Assembly (NCBI RefSeq): GCF_001949145.1
Contig: NW_019091357.1
Coordinates: forward strand, 2,670,558-2,734,557
DNA: 64,000 bases
Reading direction: 5' to 3'
Source of the DNA: Acanthaster planci
Lineage: Eukaryota
Position 1 is the first letter of the stretch. Every line of letters begins with the position of its first letter. The notes below the pieces were generated by a model. It was not told where the DNA came from and did not search any database. It saw only the letters and a list, made by a program, of their open reading frames with translations. A program made the translations under genes and the position numbers. This document shows, one piece after another, positions 50,401 to 64,000 of the stretch.

Positions 50401-52060
50401 GTGCGAAGCAAGTACTCGCTGCGCTCTGGCTATGGACATACTGGACATGCCACAAGGCGGTAACTGGCCAGATGTCATAGCCCGGGCTATGAAAGGGCGC
50501 TGGAACCTAGCATTTCATGTGGACGATATTTGTTAAGCTAAAGTCCATAGCTAGAGTAGCCTTCCCCCCCAAAATGAAAATGGTTGAGTGAAACAAATTG
50601 TGTTATCTTCATAGACTCTTAAAAAAATGACTTCCAGTAAACCCATCCAGGAAAGTGTATGGTGTATCCCCAAACTGTTATCTAGGTATAACGAGTATTC
50701 CGGGTGCTGTGTGTGAACGCCCTCTATCGGTAAATATGTCTTCTCGTAGAGTGCCCTTGTTCTACGGCTAAGAATCGTGGTTTTAATAAAAACATCATTC
50801 TGGGGACACACCGTGTACTTCCCCATGGGAGGAATAATTGTAATCTTTCAAGTTTTGACAAGACTAGTCTTGGTGATATTTTCGCGATGAAATTTCGGAT
50901 CCCCGTTGTCGTCCTCTTCTCATTGTCTCCACACCAGTCCACCCTTGCATCAGTCTATCAGCTCGGCCCCGTTTTTCTGTCTGTTTTTCAAGTTTAATGT
51001 CATGCATGTGTTTGCATAATTTACCCATCATGCATATATGTATATATATATATTGTTCGCTAACGTGGCCTTGATATTGCTAGCGGTCTTAAAATGTAAT
51101 TAATGTCCATATGTTTACAAAACTCTATTCAAACACGAATATTGTTTCAATAATATGATTTTGCTTACAAACAAGATCGTAGCGGGCAATGATGAAGCCA
51201 GGAGCAAGTTGTTGGGAAAGCAGTCAACTTGAATCGCAAGTGCGGCGAGGCGGTGCTGCGTACGGCTTGAATCAAGCACACCTTTGTAAAACTAAGATCT
51301 GTTTGGATCGACTCAAGTCGCTGTTGCTGGCTCGGCTCGCCACTCTTGGAAATTTACCTCGTTTGTGATGTAATGTCGGGGACTGGGGGCTCACGCGTTT
51401 CAGATTAACACTCATCATTTGGAAGCCAGGTGCACGATTCGATCTCACTTCTTTTTCTTCATGAAACGGAGTCCTTATTGGATCCCTTACTAACCCTAGA
51501 CCCTGATGAGTATTGCTCCATACGTGTGCGTCCCCTCCATCCTCAAACCGTCTAATATGCCCATTGGGGCCTGCGCTATGAGAGAGGGCGCAGTTATCGT
51601 TCCTGCTATACACAGCTCAAAGGGGTCTCCTTCGATGGGAGTGGCCTTTTCGCAGGATCACAAACGACTGTGAAATGTAAACGCTACGGTTGCGCGCGCG
51701 TCGCCACCATGACGGGGTCCTCCTGCCCAGGTAGGATTAGCCGATCCTGCATCATGCTGATGGCCACATGATAATTATTTAGTCATCATAGTCAATTCTC
51801 AGAAACAGGAAACCGATGGCGGGCAAACGCAAAAAAAAAAATGCATTTACCTCTGGATCTGCAAATCCAGAAAGAATAAAGATGTTTTAATAAAGGCACC
51901 ACCAAGCCAGTTGTGGCCTCTTTAAAACCACGTTTGTTATCAGCAGCGCCATTTGGCAAAATTCTTGATGTTTTAAGTGGACAGTACTGCTTAGAGCCAT
52001 TCTTGTGGAGAAGCTCAAAGTATATCGACTGTCAAGAGGGGCATAACCTATACCGGGAAA

Positions 52061-52200
52061 CAAAAGGGAAAGCCATGGCAAAAGGGAAAGCCATGGCAAA
52101 AGATAAAGCCATGGCAAAAGGGAAAGCCGTGGCAAAAGGGGAAGCCATGGCAAAAGGGAAAGCCATGAAAAGGGGAATCCGTGACGAAAGGGGAAGCCAT
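52061..52200 (+). repeat. 18-bp minisatellite
   Basis: About five copies of CAAAAGGGAAAGCCATGG plus degenerate units. Confidence 0.9.
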
Positions 52201-52780
52201 GACGTTCAGTATTTCTCATGCAAACAATTTATTGAAACCGATTTCCCTCACCCATTTCAATATGTAAATATTCTCAGAAATGAAATGATTGCCAATTTCG
52301 TGGTTTGTTTGACATGATATTAAAAAACCCTCAAAATGTAAAATTATCATAGCTTCCAGTGAAAGAGAATTTCCAGCGTAGCTCAAAGAACGAGGCAGGC
52401 TCGATTTCCACCTGAGGTATAGTGGGTCAATCAAATAATTATTACTTTTAATCAAGGAAACTAGCAGCGTGAAGCAGCATTAATTATTGGCTGCTTTGGC
52501 GACATTTCAAGCCCATCGGGATGTTAACACGATAAACAGTTGTCCCACACATTATGAAACCTCAAAAAATCCTTTTGACAAAAATAGGGGTTATATTTTA
52601 GCCCTCTCGGAACTGTGATGCAAATGTTTTTTTAAAGAGTGGTGTTTAATAATTTCAGTACTGGACTGCAGTTGAAATGATAAATTAACTTTTTAAAATT
52701 CAGGATAACCCAGTAGGTGCCTTCTGTCCTTTACCGAACGCCCATGAATCAAGTGCCTCAGTTTGATCACAGCCTCCTGG

Positions 52781-55700
52781 TTATTGGCCGGTGTTGTACA
52801 TGTTGATGTAAACCTGGTAGCTGTCGTCAACTTTCTTCCAAATTCTTAAAAACCTGATAAGAGAACCAGTATGTAGGGTATTCTGTTAATTGCAAAGCCA
52901 ATGATTTGTCAGGGCCAATCCAGCCCACAATGAAGACGAGGTACCAGACAGGAGTCTGTGCGGCATTTGATATCTTGCCTGACACACAGCCCCCTGGACC
53001 AACTTCTCACATCGACTCCCCTCATCTCGAATCACAGTGCCTCGCAAGGCCTCGTCTGTCTTTGCCTTGGTCGAGGCGTTCACGGTGTCATTAGCCATTC
53101 CGCACTAGCTAGCTATCCGTTTCCACAGTTGTTTTTTTCATATGAAAACAGAGGTGAACAGCTGCCTCACGTTTCCAGCGTGCAAATCGGTTGAGTCCAG
53201 GTTGAACTGATTTAGACATGCTGTTGGGCTTAATTTTCCACGGCGGATGTAGGTGAACACAACAGTGGCTACAGGGTGTATCAAATAATGCCCCACTTTG
53301 AAAAACTTCCCTAAAGAGCACTTTTCGGGGGAAAACAGACGTATCGCCATTTACGTAATTAACCCGTGCTCACTTATGCGTCACATTTTGAGTCTGTGCA
53401 GCTGCACAAAAAGGCAACGAACCATTGTCTTTCAACCTATGTAAAAGGATTTTCAAAAAAATATAGAATATTAATCCCTTAAGGGCATTTTTTTCGATGT
53501 GGGGTATTATTTGATACACCCTGTAGTTAGGTAATTAGTGCAATGCAGCTCGTGGAAACTTAAGATCCGCTTAGTCGCATGTACGTGTCCGGGGGGGGGG
53601 TAAGCTATTTTTGGCAGGGGGGAGCAGTACTAGTACAGCCCGTGCAAAAGTGCCAAGGGGAAGTTTCGGGCAAATTGGTGATTACACTCCTTTCCTTCTT
53701 ACTTTTGTTTCTTTCCCCTTTGGGGGGGGGGGACCTCTCACCTTTTCGCGAAATCAACGACAGCAAGTTGATAACTTACTTTCCCGTAAACGTGGGTCTG
53801 TCACTCTTGTACGTTATAGTAGATTCCAAGCGCTGGAAGACGTAGGTGGCGCTGCTATCCAAGGGCTTCAGTTCTTTGGAGACCTCGGTCATCCCCTGCA
53901 CATCTTCAACCCACTTGAAGTATGGAATGGCATCTAATGAGGCAAAACAAGTGAAATTACACTGTAATTGGATGTGTTACAGATGCATTAAGGACTTAGG
54001 ACTGTACAACTACCTTCGTACGCAGTACCGTCATTTGCAAAAGATTGGGATCACCTTACAAAATACATTAACCTGAACAAAAAAACCCAACTTAAACCAA
54101 TCAATCATTGCAACTTATATTTATTTTCAAAGTGTAACCTTAGTATCTTGGTTAAACAGAAATTTGACTACATTTCCATGGTTTGGACAGTCTAATGTGC
54201 ACTCGTTTATTTTTGATTACGATTGGCTGTTTTTACCCGTGCTGCCTTGCAGACAAATTGTCATACAAGACCTGCCTTTGCAAACAAATTCATTCAAATG
54301 GTATTTAGCACTACGCTGATGTTATGCACCAATGTCAGAATCATTCAATGAGACAATGGAATACAGACACATTGACAAATATACCAATAAAATTCCAGGT
54401 GGTGTTAAACTTTTGCAAAGGACTGCAGTGTAGGCTACAATGATAAAATTTGCTATTGTATATGCGTGGCATAGACAGACGACACAGACAGAAAAGCAGC
54501 TTTTGTGATCTCTTATTGGTTGGCCCAAAATAAACCATATCCTCCTGTATTGACCGCCATTAAAGTCTATCCTAATTGCAAAAATGATAATTCCATATAT
54601 AGGCCTATTTGGATTCGGAGGCCGTCACCCTGTGCATTTTTGTAGTACCTCAACGATGCAAAAAAAGAAAGTTTGAGCCGACCCCATGACTTAAACTTAC
54701 GCCCCCAATATTCAGGCTTTTTCCGCTGGCTATGGGTATGTGTAAAATAAGCGAAGTGGAACGGCTTGGTGTGGACTAGCCACAGCGTAATACAAATGTC
54801 AGCCATTGGTTTTGACCAAAAGGATCACGTAACACAGATTGGTGACTAGAATGATAATAATAATCATAATAGCTTGTTCTTACATAGCGCACATATCCAT
54901 CACACTTTATGCTCAAAGCGCAGTATTATCATTATCCCTGCACATTGGGCTCACAACAAATGAACATTCCTAAAACCATCTCAGCTCCCCGGGGAGTTTA
55001 CTAGCTGATGCTGCCCCTATCAGGCGCACACGGCTAGCATAACCCCATCTACCCTCACAGGTACCCATTTACTCCTGGGTGGAGAGAGGCACATGGGGGG
55101 GGGTAAAGTGACTTGCCCAAGATCGCAACATACTGCCACCAGCTGGATTCGAACCCCCGACCCTAGGATCAGAAGCTACAAACACTAACGACTCGGCCAC
55201 ATGCCCCCCCCCAAGTCCAAATAACGTCAAATGTACGGCATCTTGTTATGACTAATAAACCGTGCAGGGTGGAAATTAATGCAGGCTTGCCGATAGCCAG
55301 ACAAATACAGATTTTCCCGTTCAATTTCAAGGAAACAATCATTACAAGGGGCTTACCGGTTTTTCCCGAAATAGTTCCATAGCCTTGTGGCATGAGGATA
55401 AGCTGGTCATGCGCAAAGCTCATGGCACCTTCCATGTTGTTCTGTTTGCACAGCTTGACGTACTCATCACCCATCGCCTCAATCGTCTCTCGCACTTGGC
55501 ATCAGGAATAAAGAATGCAAGACGAGACATTGAGCTTTCCATGATGAAGAACGGTGGGTCATTGAGGTTTGCAGTAGCACTTTACAACGATTTCTCTTTT
55601 GTATGCGGATTCTGAAAAGAACCGGAGGGTACCCAATGTTTCGGAAAGTATGCTCCGTCTGTCGTCAGGAGACCTGTAGAGGCTCTGATGCCGAAGCAGC

Positions 55701-56843
55701 TGATCGGAACCTCTGCAGTCTCAAAACCAGACGTTTCAGAACCACACATACTCACAAAAGAGATATCCTTGCATGGTGCTACCGCAAACCTATATAATTC
55801 ACGACGAGATATTCTGCTGCATGGGAGAGGCTGTCATTTTGGGCTTACTGATTGATTCAACTAAATATGACCGAAAGCCTGATCAAACACTGAAAGTTAG
55901 GACGAAACTTCAAATGCCAGAAACTGGCAGGTGTCAACCCAATTTGGGAGTGAAAATTAAGTTCTGATGCACTTTGAACAACTGTGTGGATCAACAATTA
56001 ACCGAATCTTTTCGTTTAAATGAGAAAAACGTCAACTTCCAGTCACCACCCCCCCCAAATAATGGGTCGGCACAACTCAGTCGGGGTAGTTGCAGTTTTC
56101 AGTCTCACTTGGTTGACAGTTTAACTTGGGCAATTTTCTGGATAGAAGAACATGAATTTTGGCGCATGAGACTTCAAGTTAATCCCTTTAGTAAAGTCCC
56201 ACGAGGGAACATAGTTTTTCCTTTATTCACTTTTCTTAATACGGCAGTGGAGGCTGATTGGCACATTACTGCAACAGCAAGGTGGTCACTAGGGGCGAAA
56301 TACGGATTGCGCCACCAGAGGCAGCGAAATTCGAAGATCAGTTTTTTCGACGATTGTTGTTTAATAAATTCGCAGGGCGTTATAATTGGCAAGATATCAC
56401 ACAATACACTAACCCCTCAGCCATGCGAAAAAAAAAATCGCCGCCCCAACGCAAAAAAAATGCCTGGATCGGCCCTGGGATTTGTTTGAATATACAGTGG
56501 ATTTGACCCCTCGAACATTAACAGTTTAGTCAGGCTGCTGATGAGTGCCCCCCAAATACCAGCAATGCCGCACGCTTTACTGTTCACAAATCTTTTAAGC
56601 AAGCAGCACTGAATTGCAATCTGCTGCATAATCACACAAGACCCAAAATAATCAAGTCACAACTTCTGTTGACAAAACAAGAAGGTACAAACCTCCTGAG
56701 GCCGCACGTTCAGCGGTTTGCCAGTTGTCCAGGTCCACGGCGCCCTTGTCGACTGGATGTTGGCCCTCAACCCAAGCAAGAGTAGGTTGAGCTATCAGCA
56801 ATGCAGCCAGCAGCAGGATACCAAGGCAGGCAGGGAGAGACAT
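52781..56843 (-). CDS. Secreted NTF2-like (DUF4440/SnoaL-like) protein N2, 171 aa, 4 exons
   Basis: Exons 56843-56693, 55494-55357, 53933-53780, 52853-52781 total 516 nt, open, with the same phases as N1. Ends GKFLRIWKKVDDSYQVYINMYNTGQ*. 3' flank is homologous to that of N1. Confidence 0.82.
53272..53523. mobile_element. Tc1/mariner-type MITE
   Basis: TA-CAGGGTGTATCAAATAATGCCCCAC...GTGGGGTATTATTTGATACACCCTG-TA. Confidence 0.8.
54850..55212 (-). mobile_element. tRNA-derived SINE in N2 intron 2
   Basis: A box TGGCCGAGTCG, B box GGTTCGAATCC, core CTTGGGCAAGTCACTT..CCACCCAGGAGTAAATGGGTACC and a (TTA)-like tail. Absent at the matching point of N1 intron 2 (about 45775). Confidence 0.82.
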
Positions 56844-58214
56844 GATGATACCGGTCAAGGCGATGTATTTTGTACCTATATTCTGGCCTTCGAAGGACAA
56901 TTTGCGAACTCAGGGGAACTTCTTTGCAACTGTGCTGCGTCAATGTGAATGCCAATGTGTCCAGCGTTGCAATCATTTTATATGCCTCGTGCAGAAGCCC
57001 ATCAAAACTTGTGATCATCCAGCCTATCAATAGTTACTCTAAAACGGGATGAATAAAGCATGGCATGGACTAAAGCTTAGGTATTCAGACATTTCTGCTG
57101 CTGTGAATGCCAAATTCAAAAAACATGCCGAAGACTGCGTATTAATTAGACAATATCAATATTAATGTATCAATAATATTGATTAAAATGTTATTCATGA
57201 GAAGCAAGCAGTGTTAAAGGCACCCACGCCGGTGAAGCCTACGGTACAGAGACTGATGCATAACACCACTCATTTGCCTAATGAGACTTGAAACAGGATC
57301 ATTATGAGGACTGACGGGTATATAAATATTCAGCGATGTGAAAATTGTGTCCAGGGCCTTGAATATGCGGTTTACGTCTCGACAATTTGAAATTATTCGC
57401 AACGGTCAACTAGGACACGTGAGGCAGCAAATGTTCCTTTCCTCACACATTTTTCCCAGGCTTTTGAAACTATCTAAGATTAACGTAAGCACAGTCTCGT
57501 TATCCTCTTGAGACTTGTCGGGGGGGTCAGTCTGTCTCACATTATGAGACCATACGCCCTCCAGAGGTTCTATGTACCGGTACGCCTCGAGCAGAAGCAC
57601 CCCCTCATCAGTTGAAAAGAATCATTTTGGTCGGGAGTGTTCATTTGTTGATACCGATGCGATCGTAACGCATGGATTTCGTAGTCGTTCATGAACCAGC
57701 GAAGTTCGGTTCTGATCAAAGAGCCTCCGTTGCTAAAAAAGCGCCCTCTCGAGGCTCGTAACGAATAACAAGACACTAATAAAGGTTATCAGACAAGAGC
57801 CACACGCTTTCTGCTTACCCGCATAAAACCTCAGGGGTACCTGATGACGTATTTATCCTCCACTGCTTGCTTCTCATGAATAACATTTTGATCCCAATTG
57901 ATTAATTAATATTGCTATTGTCTAATTACTACAAAGTCTCCGGCAGGTTCTATGAGTTTGGCCTTTAGGACAGCAGAAATATACGGGGAAGACCCAAAAA
58001 TAATGCATATTTTATGCATACCCAGTTTAGAGTAAACAGTGATGGGCTTTGATCACCTGGCTTTGACAGGCTTCTGTAGGAAAAGGGCACTTAATTAATA
58101 TACAAAAGACTGCACTCTGATGCGACAAAGTTGCAAAGAAGTCTTCACGAGCTCGTAAATTGGCCTTTGAAGTCTAGTGTAGGTAGAAAGCACGTCGCCT
58201 TGACCGGTATCATC

Positions 58215-58495
58215 ATGTCTCTCCCTGCCTTGATATCCTGCTGCTGGCTGCATTGCTGCATTGAGGGACAACATCCAGTCGACTTAATGAATGTCTTGGA
58301 CCTCAGCAACTCGCAAACCGCTGACCGTGCGGCCTCGGGAGGTTTGTGCATTCTATTTTACTGGAAGTTGTGCGGTCAAGATTTCCCGCAATATTGCTTG
58401 GTCAACCGCTTTGCTGTCACTGCACAAAGGCCTAGAAACTTGCAAGATTTGCGCACGGCTAAACGTGCAGCATCAGGAGGTTTAAACAGTTTTAT
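58215..58495 (+). pseudogene. NTF2-like family pseudogene N3 (exon 1 only)
   Basis: Homologous to N1 exon 1 and its upstream region (57590-58214 vs 43157-43741). Deletions disrupt the signal peptide (MSLPALISCCWLHCC). No exons 2-4 were found downstream. Confidence 0.75.
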
Positions 58496-61400
58496 TCCAT
58501 TTTGGAAAAGTCACCTGGAGATGGGTAAAAAAAAAAGGGAATTCATTAACGACCTTTCACTTCCGGATATTTGCGTTCTTACTAGTCTCCTTGTTCATGC
58601 ATGTTAATTTTCACTTCATGAGCTTACGTGGAAACGAGATAAGAGAGGACAATTTCTTAACCAATCCTTGATTTGAAATAGGAGAGAAAAGTTGGTTTCA
58701 GTAGATTGATTGCATGAGAAATACGGTGAAACGTGGCTTCTTATTCCCTTTAAAATGAGCATAATGCCCGACTGCCCGTGTTCCTTGTCAGTTCCAGCGA
58801 AATTAAGAGCCTTTATGTTTATGTTGCGCGGTGTACAGAGAGCCTAAGATACAATAACGGGCAGGTTGGTAGTGAGGGACTGGGTCGGTGCGGTGAACTC
58901 GAAAATAACTACAGCGGTCACTAGGCCAATGTTTCGAAACAAAGCAACGCGACCACTGGTCACTGCTCCCACAGGCTATAGTCAGAGTGAGTTGTTCGGT
59001 GGTGTCATCACAGAGCAAAGTACAAAGTACGGCCAGGGTCAGGGGCGTACGCGGATAGTCAGCCTCGGAAGTTTTACGCGTATGATATCGGTACACACAC
59101 TGCAGCAACAGGATACGCCACTTATATAATTAACCCATTCCATTCAATTTCAAGTACGGGGCCGCATTAAATGGCCACTGGCTATACGCACTCCAGCCCC
59201 TATTCATTTTCCTGGCCTCATTGCAGGTCGTGCAGATTGAGCGACCGGACACAATGCCTGCACCTGCCACAGGGATGGATCCAATGTGGCTTGATGCCTG
59301 ACCACACGCTTGCTGTTGTGTAGCCTCCAGCTGCTTGGCTTGTCTTACCGGCGACCTTCCATATCCCCGCTGAATGCATTGCCTGCGTTATAATCATGGC
59401 GCTGTCTACAGAGATGCCTCAGCGAAGTAATAATGTATGCAAGCCCGCGTACAAGACTGGTCCGGATACTTATAGTCCGTAAACCAACTCCTAGATGGTT
59501 TGTCCCAATCCAGTAAAACTCGTTTCGGTAAACAACGCACAGGGAAAACCGCATCCCTTGATCAGTGGGCGACATCGAAGGAAAGCTGCAATAATGATTT
59601 CAGAGGGTTTTCAGAAGACAAAGTGGAAAAAAGTGCACAGGCTGAGAGAATATGACGTTGAAATTTGTGGCCCTGTACATTTTCAATGGGCTGCTCAAAC
59701 TTGTTGCCTCTACTTAATTGCCGTTTAAGCGACATAAATTAGAATTAGTATATTAGTGAACTGGTATCTACGTAAGAGCTCAAGATTCAAGTAAAATGAA
59801 TCATTCGTATTCTTGAAAGTTTCTTTCATGCACTAGCTAAGTTGTTAATACATGTGTTCATACTCGGTATGCCCGAATACCTTGAGGACCCCCTCCCCCA
59901 AAAAATTGTCAATGGCCCAAACAGGACAAAAATATTAACACACATTAAACCCGGAAGCTAGAGACCCAACATGGCGGTCTTTGTACAGGACAGGCGAAGC
60001 GTGACGTGACATGCACACGTACTTGGACATGCACGCCCATGTACCTGTGCACACATACATGTATTCACATGAATATGTACGGTGTACGAACGCGCACGCA
60101 TACCCGACTTGGTTCTCTGTGTTTGCTGTGCGGCGGTTATACGGCACACATTTTCTTGTGTGCCGTGGTTATTAAGCTATGGCTGGCCGGAGGTCACACG
60201 TGGCCGCAACATGCCATCACGAAATGGCTATGTAAATAATTCACTACATATATACACGTATATTTCGACCACGAGATATGACGCTACGTGTGCTGCTGTA
60301 GCAGCGCCGTTAAGTCATAAATCGGTGATTGGTGATGGTGTCATTCGTTTTCTCGGCCTTCCGAGTTGCCAGCTAATTGGTACGAGTAGCGCTTGATCGG
60401 AAATGATCAACATGGGAGGTGTAGGTCGTCTTTGATCATGATGAGAACGCTTCCAAAACGAGGCGAAAGCGTCCATGTGCACCAGTAACAACTGTGCTCA
60501 TGCAGTTCTGTGCAAGATAGCGTTGAGGGAGTTGCTGTGCTCATGCAGTTCCGTGCAAGATAGCGTTGAAGGTAAGCAGAGTTGCAAACCGCTCATTCCC
60601 TTTTAAAAGCCAGGCATCTGACCATCACGGCTACTTGTCTAGTTATCTTTAAGTCACAGATGCATGAACCCTTCGCGTTTATTATTATCGTTTGCCGAAA
60701 ATATGCTTGATTTTGGTCTCCACTTTTTCCCCTTTGTTCCCGAAGTCTCGTTTTCCCCTGACCCGGACGACAATTAGTCTGACTTTACAGACGTTTTGTA
60801 CGGTTGCAGGGCAGCTGTTTGGTTCCACAGAGAAACCTCCCTTTGCATACCTTATGGAGCTAAAGTACTGGCCTGCAAGATGGCAGCCATGCAAACCCTC
60901 CATACGTGTGGGTTCTGCATCTTCTCACTAAGTCGAATTTTGGTCAACTGAAGTGGTTCCTGAACTTGTCCATTGATTGCACAGAAAATTTTGCAGAATG
61001 GTTTGTAATGGGTCATTCTATAAATCCGGGGTCCAAAAATGTGGCATTTTTGTCTCCCCTGTTTCACCTGAACTGTGTTATTTGACGTGGACATTTAAAA
61101 TTGATTTTAAACTAATTCTAGTTGTGTGGCAGGTAATTTGCATTAATTCATCACCCTTGAAAAGTACAGAATTTCCTCTGAACTTACAGAATCAAATGGC
61201 AGATGTGACAGTGACGAGAACAAAATGGACCCCTAATTTCTAAAATTACCCGAATGCACGAAGGCTTACCTCAAGCTGATGGAAGTTGACCTCCGAAATG
61301 CACGCCAGAAACCTGCCGGTCTATGAGGTGATGGCGCTCTGGGTAGTGAATTCATTACCATTTAAAATATAATCCATTTTTGATGTCCTTTCTTCTCTCC

Positions 61401-62401
61401 AAAATTAGAAGTTCCTTCATTATTTCTCTTAACTCAGGTCTTTTGTCGAAGATTACGGCATTAATTAAAATTCAACACAGGTCTGTGATTTGTCAAACAT
61501 ATTAAATGGTAGCTGCAATCAATTCCTTTTTAACAGTATAAACCTTTGTGTTTCAGTTGTTTCCAAATTTTGTTTCATTGTTTTCAAAGGTATTTTTACT
61601 GCATTTTTATTTCAATGCCAATGAGTATGTACATATTCATGAGCAAAACTGTGATGTCATCCCAGGACGAAAGCCTCGGTGTTACCTTGGTACACAAAAA
61701 TCCTGAATTTTTGTTGACTTTACTTTGGCTATAAGTTTGTCTTCTCTGGTTCGTTATTCGCTGTTGTTTCTGTGCATAGCAATAAGCAAGCCTCAATCCC
61801 TTTCTCAGAAATGTTTTCTGAAAGGATATCATGGGTTCACAATTTGAACAGACAAACTTAGGCCGCGTCCGAAACGGGTATCCAGAGCTACGGCTAGGTC
61901 TACGCGTCTCCACACACTTCCAATGGAGCGAAGACCCAGACTGAGCTCTAAACAACAGATTCGGATGCGGCCTTCTACACTGAACTATGTCTTCCCTCGA
62001 TGTCATCACAGCAACAGCTCCCTCAGTTGTCCTGGAAAGCACAGGCGACATTAAATGTTAACATTAGTTGAGGTTTCCAATGCATTGAGCCAAAAAGGAA
62101 TGAAAAGAAGTTTAAGACATTGACGAAGAGTAAAAAGTTGCAGCAAAAAAAAATATGTTGAAGAAAACTTCGCAGCTCTTACACTTTGAACTCCAAGTCT
62201 AGACAAGTACATCTGTCCCGTGCGGCCTGACGGGACTTTGGTCTCATACAATGCACAAGAATGTTCCATCCATAGGTTAACAGACGACAAACAACTGAAC
62301 CCAAGACAACATAAGTAGCACGTCCATGGGCTTCGAACCCGCACTATTACGGCTTCGTCTAGTTGGCGGGCTTCGTCTGCCGTCCAGCCAGAGAAAACAC
62401 C

Positions 62402-62558
62402 ATGACCGGCTGTAGATCGTGCCTGGACCGGCACTGGGGCTGGGTGGTCACGGCCGCCTCCTTCGTTATGTACCTGGTCAGTTGCGGCACTCTCGGTCTT
62501 TTTGTTCTCCTCTACGTCTACTTTGAGCGGGAGTTCCACGGATCCGCTGCTGCAATAG
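62402..62558 (+). CDS. First coding exon of an SLC16/monocarboxylate-transporter-like MFS protein (continues beyond window)
   Basis: MTGCRSCLDRHWGWVVTAASFVMYLVSCGTLGLFVLLYVYFEREFHGSAAAI followed by G|GTGAGA. Contains the DxxWGWVVxxASF TM1 motif of SLC16. Confidence 0.8.
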
Positions 62559-64000
62559 GTGAGACAATTTCCTCGCAGCGAGGGGTGTTACAGCTGCGTC
62601 TGCAGTTGACTGCGAATTTTATTGTGCGATGGACCGTATTCACGAGTCGGCCATGGGGATTGAAACTGGAAGTGAATTTTTTCGTGAGAGAATAAAATCA
62701 AATGTCCATGGAAATGATTACCGGACTACCGTGATGAATAACTTCATATTTGTGATGGTAACACACTTCGATCTTTTACCCCGGTGTTTTGGACAAAAAA
62801 ATGAAAGGGTGGATCGGAGTGTGCATGAATTCTAAAATAGTCAGATACCATCTCATCAGAGAGTTAACAATTCATTAAACGGATTCGATGAATAAGATCA
62901 AAAATGGCTCCTCGGGAATAAGGTCCAGTACGCGTACAAACTTCCCACCCACAAATCTCGCCATGATGAAAGCGTCTGTATGTGGTGAACTGTAAACTTA
63001 CTTTAACCAAAAAAAGACAAAAACTTCTGGTAAGTCATCCGAGGAATTTCAGCTTTAACTCTTTCAAAATCGTGAACCACGCCATCTACGAGTTAGTTTT
63101 CCTTATCGTCGCCACAATATGTGTTGAATTGACCCATACAAAGTTGGGAGCGATTTGACGGATTACAATGAAAAAGATAAGGGAACGGGATAGAAATGGC
63201 TTGTGTATAAGATCTACAATCAATCAGCTCATGTGTAGTCAACCTAACGGTGTATGTGGGGACCCGACCATTCCTACATGCATTTGTTTGTATCCCATAC
63301 ACTTTCCACGGCTTTCCTACTGAAATACATGTTGGTCCCCCGGGTCTCCCGTCTCCCAATGATCTAAAAAACGGAAGAAAGAAAATAAAAATGGAAGACC
63401 TCTTTTACAAAATGGAGCACGAATGTCCACTTATTTTCACATTTCACACGTACTTAGGCATAGAGATGAAGCCATACAGTTGGCATGCATGCTGAAAAAG
63501 AAACAATAATCGATTGGCTTAGGGCTGCACGTAATCCTTATCGTGTGATTGCATAATATGTTTGGTTCTAACGGTCAAGAACTCAAGAGCAGATAGATAA
63601 GGGCACCCCGTTTATATTCTATGGTTTTCATTTCTGACCGACACTATTTTGGGCTCCCGATCACGGAAAAACAAACTTTTTTCCCCGCCGACCCTGCTAA
63701 AAATACCTAAACCAAAAAAAAAAATTGGACAGCATGACCTTTGAAAACAAAAGCCCTGGAAACCTACGATTTTGCAAACGACCAACAGCGACGGTCGGCG
63801 TTCGCGTGAACATTCGGTATACCGCACCTTTCCGTGGCCCACTGAGGTTCGTGCATAGCCCTACACTTGTCTTGACCCGGACCCGTACAAGGGGATTTTC
63901 AATGTGAGCAGCATGGTACCGACCAGCAGGATTAGACTTCCTCGGTCATCAAGCGCGGTATGTTTTGTGGCTTCGGGTAACAATAAGAACATGTATATTC

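Noticed and set aside
51913..52317. ORF with KGKAMA repeats, or a CRISPR-like array
   Set aside because: Head-to-tail 18-bp minisatellite without spacers; the frame is open only because the unit lacks stops.
60492..60570. Direct repeat of about 35 bp upstream of the SLC16 exon
   Set aside because: Only two copies; a simple local duplication with no supportable function.

Overview
Eukaryotic (animal) genomic DNA with GT-AG spliced genes, many transposons and assembly gaps (N at 13395, 15822-16108, 26980-27019, 39139). A marine invertebrate is inferred from the repeat content but not proven. Most ORF-track entries are noise or antisense shadows; the real genes appear only when exons are spliced by hand. 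Contents: (1) a minus-strand tandem array of four five-exon TMEM179/TMEM179B-like tetraspan genes (T1 partial, T2-T4 complete) plus a relic of a fifth, with hypervariable outer loops in T1-T3; (2) a decayed, left-truncated Polinton/Maverick (adintovirus-like) endogenous element with pPolB, integrase, gasderminX-like, penton-like and a possible TFIIB-like gene; (3) an orphan secreted 141-aa gene; (4) two intact four-exon genes and one pseudogene for secreted prepro-NTF2-like (DUF4440/SnoaL-like) proteins; (5) the first coding exon of an SLC16 transporter; (6) Penelope elements (one with hammerhead motifs), CR1/L2 and RTE LINE fragments, two tRNA-derived SINEs, several MITEs and a minisatellite. 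No rRNA, true tRNA or CRISPR array was seen. Family calls come from recalled motifs, not database searches.
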